DNA of 63,283 bases, counting the filler, from Hyphochytrium catenoides (lineage: Eukaryota; Protista; Hyphochytriomycota): the NCBI GenBank assembly GCA_900088475.1. It is 5 parts of 5 records of this genome, joined end to end, with 100 filler letters (N's around TTAATTAATTAA, not from the genome) between each part and the next. Parts side by side here need not be neighbours in the genome. Positions count along the whole stretch, not along the records: positions 21,136 to 52,056 come from FLMG01000144.1; 4 more parts are not named here. One strand, given 5' to 3'. The notes below the pieces were generated by a model. The model saw only the letters and a program-made list of their open reading frames with translations, made no database searches and was not told the DNA's origin. Position 1 is the stretch's first letter. Each line of letters begins with the position of its first letter. Both the position numbers and the translations under genes were made by a program. Shown in pieces: positions 25,201-36,329 of the stretch.

Positions 25201-26566
25201 GTAAGGCACGCCTTCACCTGTTGGATACACTCGTGCCCGCTTCATAGCTAGAATACGCCCTGTCGATCGTTCTCTGACCCTGAAGCAGACGCCCTCTGTG
25301 CCAGTATTTTTGATACCAAAATTTTGAAAGTTTCTCCAGTTAACGCCTCCATCTGGATCCATCCAAGATACTCGATTCCAGAGCGACGGGATGTTGTGTA
25401 GCTCTCTCCACTTCTTGGAAACGAGCATCCTGTTCACCTGGTCATCTACATCCACCAAGTACTCAAGGATGTGTAGGAGGAGAACGGTCGGAAGATCCTC
25501 AATGTGGAAGCCGATTGGCTGCTTATCCAGGGCATCATCTTCTTCATGGTCACTCTTCGTGCTTGAGGCAGTGGGCGATGTGATTTTTATCTCGCGCCTG
25601 AATGCCTTGACATTCCGGTAGCCTTCTCTTTCCCGGACGTCAATTGAGAGCATATCCTCTCCATGGGGAAATGTCTGCTGGGTTAAAGCCGCTCCATCGT
25701 CCGAGCCGGAAGCGGCTTCTAAGATACGCTTTCGCTTCCCTAAAATATGTGCAGGAAGCTCATCATCTGTGAAAGGAGTATTAGAGGTTTAGGTTTAAGT
25801 GCAATCTGGATGAGTCCACTCACAGGGTGTTGAGATTGCATCTGGATATGGCTCCTCCTTAGCACACGAATCTGTCACTTGCGTGCTTTCGAGGTCAGAC
25901 GCTTTCTCCTCTCTCTGTGGATAGTCTGCCATTGCCTCCACGTCTTCAGCCCACTCGGATGTGGAGTCTGCAGCCAGAAGGCTGAGAAATCAGTCCAGCA
26001 ACCACCCAGAGACACGATGTGAGGTCAACAGCGTTCTAGAATCTGACAGGTGATAAAGGTCGACCAGACCACAGAAAACTTAGAGCCTGAAGGACTCCCT
26101 GTTCCCTGCTATAAAGCTATAAAGTTGCCGCCATCTGCTTTCGTCGGCCTCTTCTGCACGCAATAGGCTTCAGCAGGAGCTTCGTATGGAATCAGATTAC
26201 TTTGTCTGAAGAAGATGCTGTCGAGAAGATGCTGTCGGCCGCGCGCTCGGCTGGTTTGCTCTGAAGGTGTTTCAACCAAAGCAGCCAGCCTTCTTCACTT
26301 CGCTACAAATGTTCTTCTCCCTTACTAATCCCTTTTGATAACGAAGCCGTGTCTCATCCACTCTGTCTTGCGCTGTGGTTCCGTTTAGGCTCTAAAGTTT
26401 AAGGCTTATGACACTGCTATCTATCTCAATCCACTCTGTCCCTCACCTACGTTAAAATTTGATCATAAATGACAAGAGAAGGAGAAATCGCCAGTTTCTG
26501 CTCTCCCTGGCTTCTAAAATTGTCCTCACACAGTGTGAAGCCAAACACACAACTCACAGGCTTCAT
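22224..26566 (-). CDS. F-box + CDK-like (probable pseudokinase) + A/B-type cyclin fusion protein (multi-exon; start approximate)
   Basis: F-box: [42 protein letters not shown] (about 25380-25503). CDK domain: [74 protein letters not shown]|[24 protein letters not shown] phase-1 intron 23992-23854 links in frame to the cyclin: [62 protein letters not shown]…[25 protein letters not shown]…MKW*. Confidence 0.9.
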
Positions 26567-27070
26567 AGGATCTCAGAGAGATGTAAAGAATGGCAATTTA
26601 GGGTGTTCAAAAGCCCAGAACGTTTTTGACATCAGGTAAGCTTCAGTAATCATAAACCCATCACACTTTTTATTTTCGATGGTTTCACGAAGGTTTCATA
26701 AGACGTATAAGCTTCAATAAAAAAGACCTGCCTGTTTGAAAGCTTCACACATTCCAAAGCGGCACGATGCAACCTACATACCCTTTGTCCTGGGGGAGGC
26801 TTCCCTGAAGGCCAAGAGAAAAAGACTGGGCTTGGTTGTGTTGCTTCCTCATTGGCTCATTGGTCACATCATCGCCGCGATCTCCATCTGCAGATGTCAG
26901 AAGGCCTCAAGTCCATGAGAAAGGGATCTCTGGCTGATACATCTGTTAGGTCCTCCTCTGAGATATTATTTATATATTGCTCCGTCTGATTTCCACCCCT
27001 CTGGCGAAACCTGGGAAGTGATATAGGGGAAAACTAGAGTAGGTTTGGGAAAGCGCGGCGTAGCCGTCAG

Positions 27071-28779
27071 ATGATAGTAGGCGGCGATGACGACAATGGA
27101 TTTCGGCCATCAGCCCAAGTTTATAAGGATGACGAGGAGAATGAGAAAGGTGACCAGCCGCTCGCCAACGAAGAGACGCTTTATAATGAGGGGGTACAAA
27201 AATGCTATACCCTGAAAGAGCTATGTATCAGGTCCATGGTGAGAGGATGGCGCTCGAGCTTCGAGTCAATGCTTCACTGGTAGGTGCCACGACAGCCGTA
27301 ATTTGACTCCTTGTAGGAGTAATAGACTCTTTTCAGGGTGCCGGACGAGCTGGTCAACGAGATACTGGAGGATATGTCACAGAGCCATCAGGTAGTGCTT
27401 ACAAGTCCCGTGATCATGGGAAAGCATTATCTGACAGCACGCATTCTGGTTCCACGTTCCACAGGTTACAGAGCCGGTGGTTTGTGCGATGACAAGGTCC
27501 TCCCGCCAAGCTCTAAAGCTTTCTAAGTGCTATATGGTGCGCAAATCTATCATCAGGCAAATTCCCTATCATAGTCCAAAGTTGGTAAGCTCCTAGAGCA
27601 CAACCACGCACTTCCTCTTATTGCTAAGGTCTCTCCGACAGCTATCCTTAGATCTTACCGGCTGCCAACAAGTCAATAATACTGTCGTAAGAAGCATCCT
27701 TCAAGGATGCGGGTCGCTAAGGAATCTATCCCTCGCTGGTTGCTCCCGTATCACCGACTCGGCGTTCGATCCTGAGCAGTCGCCCTTCTATCCACTGGCA
27801 GCATTGCTGTCATTGCAGGTGGCATTGGTTCTGCTTGTGTAGATCGCCCTCTTGCTCAATCCTTTTGCTGCAGTTCCTTGACCTTAGTGGTTGCACCCAA
27901 ATCAATGGAGAGATGATGCACATTATGGTTAAAAACTGCAGATCTCTGGAATACGTGAATCTATCAAAGTGCAAGGTACAATCACAAGCCCTTATTAATA
28001 GTGTTTCCGCTTTGCTTAGTTTTGGCCATTTATGTTCCTACAGAAGCTCCGAGGTGACTGCCTGCGGGTGTTCCTACAGTCTATGCGGAGTCTCAAGAGA
28101 TTAGACCTAGCTGCAACGGTGAGTCCAGCTTAAAACGTTCTGCAGTTCTGAGGTACTGACGCATGTGCAGCGTGATGTCATGGCCAGTGCCATTCTCGAG
28201 TGCTCGGAAGGGAGCAGTTTCCAAAGCCCATTTAATAACCGGCTTGAGGAGCTAGATCTTAGTCACTGTACTCTATCGGACGCCAGCGTTTCGCAGCTCT
28301 CGGTGGTTTTGCCACGTCTGACAACCCTGAACTTACGATGGAACGTAAAGATCACCGACTCGGGCTTAGCAGGTCTTGCCCAGAACTGCCATGACTTACG
28401 AGTTCTCGATATTCGTGGGTGCAATGAAATAACGGACGTAGGTGTGACAGCTCTCTGCAGTGCTTGTCCGTTCTTGACAGAGTAAGTGGCCTCTCGAGAC
28501 GACTTCAAGATAGGTAGACTGATGCATTGTGTGAACTGCAGGCTCAACCTATCATTCTGTATGAAGCTCACAAACACAGTAGTTGATCATCTCAGCAGAA
28601 GTTGTCGTCAACTAGAAGTGATCTCTTTCTCCTGGTGCCACGATATTAACCCACGGCGTATAGTCAGATTTGCCAGAGAAGTTCCGACACTGCGGATGAT
28701 CATAGTCCATAATGAGCACTCGTGGCCCAAAGAGCTCCGCCAGGAGTTAGTTGACTTAGGGATAGTAATTGGCCTCTAG
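27071..28779 (+). CDS. Cys-containing leucine-rich-repeat protein (FBXL/AMN1/Rad7-like) with possible BC-box
   Basis: Many LxxLxLxxCxxITD repeats (LRNLSLAGCSRITDS, LEELDLSHCTLSDAS, LRVLDIRGCNEITDVG). The N-terminal TLKELCIRSM fits the [STP]LxxxCxxxΦ BC-box pattern. Confidence 0.85.
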
Positions 28780-28908
28780 AGTGCCTTTAGAACGGTTTAT
28801 TTATGGCCTAAGGGCCTATTTGAAACTACAACTGGCTTTAGAGTACATCTTTCCGGATGGGGCCCCGAGCATCTCGGCCTGGCCTTAAATAGGGTATCTC
28901 GCTATCTT

Positions 28909-29307
28909 CTATAAGGACGGCTTCAGGGTGGAGTCACGCTTGATGCCGTATCGCTTTTGACCCACAGTCATGAACGGCTGCCCTAACCCATACTCGGCGT
29001 TAGTTGTAGCCAAGACCCCGCTCTCGCCCGCATTAATGCTGGTTCAAAGAAGAATTTCATGAGTACTTCCTTAGCTGTGGTTTGTCAATGTGATGATAGT
29101 AAGGAAAAGCGCTTACTCGTTAAGAGATTTCTTTAAAACCTCCACTTTCTCATCGTAGGTCTTGGGAGTGTTTGGGTCAAAGAATAAGTCCTGATAGTCT
29201 TCTTGCCACCGCTTCGCCGATTGGAGCTCTTTACCGACGCGTTGGGCCCAATTGGTCATCTCTGCTACAGCGTCCTTTGTCTTCCCTTTCTTGTCGTCAG
29301 TAGCCAT
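28909..29307 (-). CDS. Small protein resembling ciliary microtubule inner proteins (C20orf85/CIMIP1-FAM183-like), 2 exons
   Basis: MATDDKK…NWAQRVGKELQSAKRWQEDY… and a second exon …LATTNAEYGLG…KPSL*. W-x-x-R-x-x-K-E…W and TT-x-x-EYG motifs are typical of these families (recalled, not searched). Confidence 0.45.
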
Positions 29308-30195
29308 CCTAGGATGCTGCAGTAATGCTCCTTTGAGAATAACTGCCTATGTAAAGCTTCGAGCTCTCGTATACGTCTTGAGTAAGCTGCAGACTGGTAA
29401 ATTTTGTGATATCAAGATGGCTCGGCTTGAGTCTCAGTTCAGTAAGCTACCTATCATGTTATTGCTATTGGCGGCAGCGGCACGAGTGGCGCTATTGATG
29501 GCTTCTGATGGGCAGAGCGGATGGCGGATCATCCTTTTTGCTATAAATAGCTTCAAGTTGGCATAGAAGTGTAACCAGAATCCTAGGCTCTACATCAGCG
29601 ATTAAACCCTACGGCATGAAGGACATTCGGAATGTATAGGTTTCGCCGTTTATTGCAACACAAGCGACCGGGAGCTTACCCCACACGCTTGAGTATTGGA
29701 GGAATATTTCCAGTCGGGTGAAGATTTCAAAAAGAAGAACTTTCTTGCTTGAGCTCAAAAAGTACAACCACTCTGAAACCCAGTGCCCACCCACCCTTTC
29801 AGGTGTCAATAAATGTGCAGAATCCCTCCCCAGAATTGCATTGAAAACGAGTTTTGGAAAACGACAGACGCGGTAATTGGGAGGAGACATTATTGAGAGA
29901 CGAGGACCCTCGAGGGTGGGTAGGATGAGGGCCGAATCTCATGTGGGGCTTGTCAGTACACAGATTGTGCGTCTGCAACTTCTCTCGCCCATGAACAAGC
30001 CAAGTAAGCGCACCTTCCAGATTCGATGACGCTACAAAAAACCCGTTTGCGAGAATTAGTAGAAGGGGAAATACAAAGGCCATTTTGGAAACAGGAACTG
30101 GTTAGGTTCAGATGCATACTTTGCCGATAGAGCTTCGTTCGCTCAGGGACAAAATTTTAGGCTAAGCTATAGCTGTTGTCTGAAAAGAGATCACC

Positions 30196-31208
30196 ATGAA
30201 GTTCTTAGAAGAGCCGAAGCTTTCTTGGTTGACCTCATTTTTGGGAGATTGCTCAGTTGGAGATAGAGTCCTACACGCAAGATTGGAGGCGTTCTCATGT
30301 GAGTGACCAGCTGATAAGTTTCTCAAGCCTTCTATTGACGTTTCTGGACTAGGCAAAAAGTCCACCGATGATAAAAAGCTGGCAAAGGAGCTGGTAAAAT
30401 CCTTTCCTGATGGGTCAACTTTTAGTGCTGGGAGCCCGCAGGTTCTTGGCACCTCTCCTTTTGGAGAATACAACGATGCGGCAACTAGGAAGATACTGCT
30501 CAACCTCATCTCGACGATGAATGCATCTTTTCCAGACTATGATTTTAGGTATGTCTTTAGGACTGCAAATGTCCGACCCACAAGTCCAGAAGCTCTGTGG
30601 CCCCTAAAGTGAACGATTTTGCAGTCATCTTCGACCAGACCACTTCCAAAGCGAGAAGAATTTAAGTTTGGTGATGAACTCGGTCAACACAAACCTCGCA
30701 GAGTTTGTGGAAGACAATCATAATACCAACAATGGCTTCTTAACGGAGCTGTGGAACTCTATTGACAACGTCGTGAATCTGAAGGAGTGCGAAGTGTATA
30801 GCTACGTGCCGGAGATGGAAGCAGACCCCTTTACAGATGACGGCTCGTTGTGGTCATTTAATTACTTTTTCTACAATAGACGTGAGAAAAAGCTGGTTTA
30901 CTTCACATGTATAGCAAAAAGGTAAAAGGCTTTGGAGCTTGGCGGCTAACATCCTTATATCTAGAGCTGCGGCTAACGTGATGATGTCTGCAGCAAACTT
31001 GCAGAAATGGATGAAGAAGATGCCGAGGAACTCGATGATGATGAATACGACGCGGGACAAAGCGTCTATGACAATGATGATGTGGACATGGAGGCAGATT
31101 CGATTGAATGGTATGGTTAGAGATCCTACTACCACACTTATAGCTGGTACCCGGCTAACCTGCCTTTCTTGTGCTTGCTCCTGCCGCTCTCACAGGGATG
31201 AAGACTAA
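30196..31208 (+). CDS. MAF1: MAF1, repressor of RNA polymerase III transcription
   Basis: MKFLE…ARLEAFSC; KKSTDDKKL; RKILLNLISTMNASFPDYDFS; LWNSIDNVVNLKECEVYSY; DPF…GSLWSFNYFFYNRREKKLVYF; acidic tail ending DED*. Confidence 0.96.
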
Positions 31209-33148
31209 TATGTCTTTTAAGTTGCATGTAATATGCGCTGTGATTTAGCGTAAGCTTCCTCTGTCACTTCTGCGGCAAAGGATCGTAATTTATTATCTAT
31301 TGGCACACCGCGCCTATCTGTTGTAAGCTGCTAATGCCAGGTACTGAACCAGAGAGATTGTCTACTGCATAAGAGGTTACAATGTCAAGCGACTAGTGTT
31401 ATCGGTACTCTCTGATCTTTTCATCGGGCTTGACTTGCGCTCCTCCTCACTCTTCTTATAACATTACGACCGTGTGGCACATTGATATGAAAAAACATTA
31501 GGTGAAGGTTCTCTTACATCTAGCCGCGCAACCTCTTAGCACCAGCCAATCTCCAGCCTACTATTGGCCGCTGTTTGATACTTCCAACTGTTCCTTGCAC
31601 CTACCCAGACTAGAGTTTGGCTAGAGATTTCTGTCTGGAGCTGCGATGCCTTTAGCTCTTCATTCCCCCATAACCAGTGTTCAGAATGCGACCTTTATCG
31701 CTGAGAGTCGCTTGGTGTTAGTGATTAGTATGGAAGGGATTTCTCTGCCCTGCCGAAGATCTTTCCCTACCTCGCGGTACCCAGCAATACAGAGATTTAA
31801 CATATCTGACCTTTTCCAAGGTTAACATGGCTCATTTGCCGATGAGGGTGTGCTTGTTATGTGGCAGAGCGCTTCATCTTCCCTCTAACTTTTCTCCGGC
31901 AGTACATAATCAGTCATCCGTAGTCAGTCTCCATGGCCAGAAACTCAAGTGTTCCTACTTGTTCCATCGAGTATGCATCACTATAGATATTATGAGCGGC
32001 GATCTCCAAAAGCTGAAAAATAGCTAAAAACCAATGCGGATACGTCGTAACCAATAATGTAGGTTGCGAGAGAAAGGAGCGCCCTCTGCAGGGACAACTC
32101 AAGGACTCTATTCCTATCAGGCTCCGCCAACTGAGAACTTGGTAGAGGATGTCAAGAAGGGGACAATTGTTCTGATGCACCAGCAGAAGAAAGCGGGGAC
32201 TACTTCGACAGCACCGCCGCCCTCATCTTGCGGTACGAGGATGAGGAAGAGAAGGATGTTTCCTCACAAGGAGTAGAGGTTCCTATCCAACCATTAGATG
32301 GAGAGTTCAAGGACTATCCTGATCGCGCGACACGATAATAGCTGGGTCATACCAACAGCCTGGGCGTGTTTCCGAACCTCTGCCACATAATAGTTTGTTA
32401 CCCTTTGTCCTCGTCTGCGCGGTCTGCTGCAATCATAGCACGATCTCTATCTTCTTGTCTTCCCTATCGCATTACAATCATCCCAGCTCTTCATCCATGT
32501 TACATTGGATCTGTTGCGAGCTGCAGAAAGATGAGATTATGGTCCTTTCGCGTAGAAGCCCAAGCAGTAAAGTGCAAGGTCAATAATGATGGCATCTCCT
32601 TGTTCACCTGTACAGTAGGTTCCAGTACGACAGGACTGTAGGAACTACCAGTTCTTGGGTTCTCGATCATCCCGGTCGAAAGGGCGTTAGCGGACACTTA
32701 GGATTGTGTTTGCTAGGAGAGAGATGTTTGACAAGCTATTCTCCATTCTTTGCTTGAGAATTGTGTTGTGTCTACATCAAGGTCTACATCTAGATGCTGA
32801 TCAGGCTCTTTGAAGATTGACTTCTTGGCTTTACTCCGTCGTCGGTTCTTGTCATGATGAGACAGAGCGCTTGACAGCCTCGATTGAGCCCGTGGTCACC
32901 TTCCACCGTCGACGGCGCGGAAGTACTGTCAAGAACCACAAGAAACTCCTGCTCCTCTGACTGTTTCCTTTGCTAGTTATAAGAGGTGACAGGCTCGAGG
33001 AGTGACGGTCAATATATACTGGGGGGAAGGCTATCGAAGCAGCCCAAGAAGTAACCCTTTGGCTGCGTCTCCCGAGAGCTGTAGGTCCAAACAGACCCTC
33101 CATCCTGATAGAATAAGGAGGACCTAGGACCCCGTCTAGCAGGAGAAG

Positions 33149-36100
33149 ATGCAGGTCTTGGTACAGTTTCGGCGGACGCATTGCTTAGATTTTGATGGCG
33201 ATAGGGTCGATGTGGGCGATGTCCTTAGCCGCCTACAGGTATGCGCGAGATTGTTATTCTATTGTACGGCTTACTTTAACAGGGTTGTCTAGGATCTCGA
33301 GGGTATTCCAGCAGATCAATGCCTTCTCTACGCCAATGGACAGCGACTGCTACCAGGTGTACCCGTTCCCACTGCTCCGTCAATTGTCAGAGCCTCTCTT
33401 CGAGGTCTGCTTGGAGGGAAAGGAGGGTAGGGCTAGAAAAGCGTCAAGAAAGATGAACGAAGTCTGTTCTGATACATTCTTTTTAGCTTTGGTGCCATGC
33501 TGAGGAGCATGGGAAAGGCAGCAGGCAAGAAGACGACGAACTTTGGTGCTTGCCGAGACCTCAATGGCAGAAGGTGGGTGAGGGAGCATTTTCCCCTCAG
33601 GCCAAGCAGCCTACTGATCCTCAATATGGGCCCGATTGTAGGCTGCGGCATGTGAACGATGAGATTCGACTGCAGAAGTGGCTGGAGCAGAAGGAGGAGC
33701 GCGAACGGGCAAAGCGCGATGGACTTGACCTAGCAGATCTGTAGGTTCCCCTTGTGTCTGGATGCAATCTTAGTCTTGGCCTGAACCTTTGCCATTATGT
33801 AGCGCGGAAGAGCCAACTCCAAGTGGCATCGAGGGCTGGTATTTGAGCTTACCCTCCTGGTAATATAGCCGCTCGTAGTGAACGGAGAAGCCCACGGTAC
33901 TAATAGGACAAATATTTAGGGCTGAGGGATTCAAAGGTGGACAGAAGAAGAGTTATATGAAGTCGAGAAAGAAGACCTCACTGTGCAAGAACTGGGTGGA
34001 GGCGCGGGCTCACCGACAGCGTAAGTGAACCGAGGGCTTGCTTTGCAATACTGCAGTAAGTTCTACATAAGAAAGTCTGATCCCCTTACACAGCTCCCCC
34101 AAAGGCTCCCAAGTGGTGGGGTTGTCCGCGTGGTCGAGACTGTGACTTCGCACATGGCGAAGACGAGTTAAGGGGTAAGGGATTGATGGAGCTTAAGGCC
34201 AAACGAAAGGACGAACAGGCAGCGAAGAGAGAGAAAAGGTAAAGAAACTTCTACGTATCCCTCTTCCTGCCACGTTCTTATTATTAGTCGCCGCACCGCC
34301 TGTGATTCTTGTCTCCCTTCTCTCTCTTGCTGATCATCAGCCTAAGCCCCATCTTTTGCCCTCTGCAGCCTCAATGAATACACTGATTATCAGTCGTCCA
34401 TCTCCAACAGCTTAGATGACGCTATAGCGGAAGGCCTAAAGTAGGTATTGTAAATTGGTGGAGAGCAGCCAAGTAGCGCGGAGGTCGTTGAACAGAAAAC
34501 GAGGAGAGTGGAGGAGGTGTGGACCAGTGCTAGAAAGTTGATGCAACAAAGGCCTATAGGGCTAAATATGAGAGCATAAGTTGCGCGGTTGACAGCAAGA
34601 TTGACAGTAGCAAACGTGGAGACGTAGGGGCAGGGGTCATTGATCATGGTCAATAAGACTAAAATATTCCAACAGGAGAGAGCGTGAGCGTAAGCGTCGG
34701 CGATTGGAAGATAAAGAGCTGGAACAGGTAAAACGACTGTGTGCTCCATCTTTCTCCTTTACCCATTATCATCATTGCGTAGCTGGTTCAAGGACGGGTC
34801 TTCCTCACTGTCGACAATTCTCCCTACGCTTTCTCATGTTTATCATTGATGAACCACGGTCTCTTTCACGATCATGAACTTTATTGATTTACAGATGACT
34901 TGTTTGGAAGTGTATTAAGCNNNNNNNNNNNNNNNNNNNNNNNNNNNNNNNNNNNNNNNNNNNNNNTCTCTCCTACCTGCTTTGTTCTCAATGTGGTTTG
35001 CAGTCGTCAGTCCTTCCTGTCGACATCACTCTTAAATCTAAGGGAATCAGGCGGACCACCCCATACCTTCGACCGGTGGTTGGAGACCTAATGATAGCAG
35101 AGGCAGGTGAAGTGGAGGGCGGTACTGACTTTGGGACTGTCGTCGTTCGGTCTTGCCGCTTGGTAAGCGGAAAGTGGTACTATGAGGTAGAGCTGCTGAC
35201 GGCTGGTGTTATGCAAATCGGCTGGGCGAACACACAGTTCCAGGTACCGTCCATTCCTTCTAAGCAAGCTCTTGATATATGTTCCTTGTGGAACTAACGA
35301 CTCCCAAAATGTCATAACGCTCTCCGTCCAGGGAGATGAGGACTCAGGCGACGGTGTCGGAGACGACTTGAATTCTTGGGCCTTCGACGGCGTCCGCCAA
35401 CAAAAGTGGAACGGAGAGTCTTCTGACTACGGTGAGACTTGGCGGGCGGGAGACATTGTGGGCTGTTTATTAGACTTGGACGCAGGATCTATGCGCTTCT
35501 CCCTCAACGGCAAGGACTTAGGAGTGGCGTTTGATAATATTCAGTTTTCCCTTCCTCCATCTTCGCCTTCAACGAGGCAAGCTTCTGGGAGCGTCATGCC
35601 CTCTTCGGTCGGAGGAGCTGGGGAAGACCTGGGTATGTTTCCAGCTGTTAGTCTAGAGGAAGGCGAAGCAGTCAGAGTGAATCTAGGGGAAAGACCCTTT
35701 ATGTATGGCCCTCCAGCGGGCGAGAGAGCATTTGGTCAAGTGCGAGGAGTTTGGGATGCTCTTCCGCAACACCTTCGGGCCATTTCTGCCACTGGCACTG
35801 CGACAGTCGACGTCGACTACGAACAAGAAGAGGGTGGCATGGCGCTGAGCACAGTAGAGACAGATATGAAAAAGAAGAAGACACCAGGAGCAGATGGAGA
35901 ACAACAGGACGGAACGCCAGTGTCAAAGGAGATAAAGGGTAAAAGTGAGAAAGAGATAACCAAGCAGGATGCAGCAAAACATGCGCCTAAACCTGCAAAA
36001 AGTGAGACGAACGAGGAACATGCCCGGTCAAAACCTTCAATAGATCTAGAATCGGCAACACAATCGACTCTAGAGGCCCTCGGCTTGGAGCTTCTAAAAG

Positions 36101-36306
36101 AGGAACTCATGGCTCGGGGCCTGAAGTGCGGGTGAGGATATTATGGCTTATGTAGTAGAGACAAGACAAACAGAGCGACAAATGGGTATCTAACATTGCT
36201 CTTCACCAGGGGTACGCTACAAGAGCGGGCACAGAGACTCCTGGCTGTCAAAGGGAAGAAGCCCGAACAAATTGATCCCAAACTGCGCGCCAAAGGCAGT
36301 AAATAG
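33149..36306 (+). CDS. SDE2: SDE2 homolog (ubiquitin-fold, GG|KGG cleavage site, C-terminal SAP-like domain) with inserted CCCH zinc finger and SPRY domain
   Basis: MQVLVQF…LRGLLGGKG|GFGAMLRSMG…TTNFGACRDLNGRRLRHVN; KTSLCKNW…CPRGRDCDFAHGEDEL (CCCH); SGKWYYEVELLTAGVMQIGWA…GDGVGDDLNSWAFDG…GDIVGCLLDLD…FPAVSL…NLGERPFMY (SPRY); LEALGLELLKEELMARGLKCG|GTLQERAQRLLAVKG. There is an assembly gap at 34921-34966 within the gene. Confidence 0.9.
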
Positions 36307-36329
36307 CATGCATGTGGGAATCTTCTACA

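Noticed and set aside
29799-30083. 94-aa ORF with a signal-peptide-like N-terminus, divergent from MAF1
   Set aside because: No recognisable domain or supporting splice structure; it cannot be told apart from a chance ORF.
31600-33100. Short ORFs and splice-like signals between MAF1 and SDE2
   Set aside because: A gene may be present, but I could not build a consistent model or recognise a motif.
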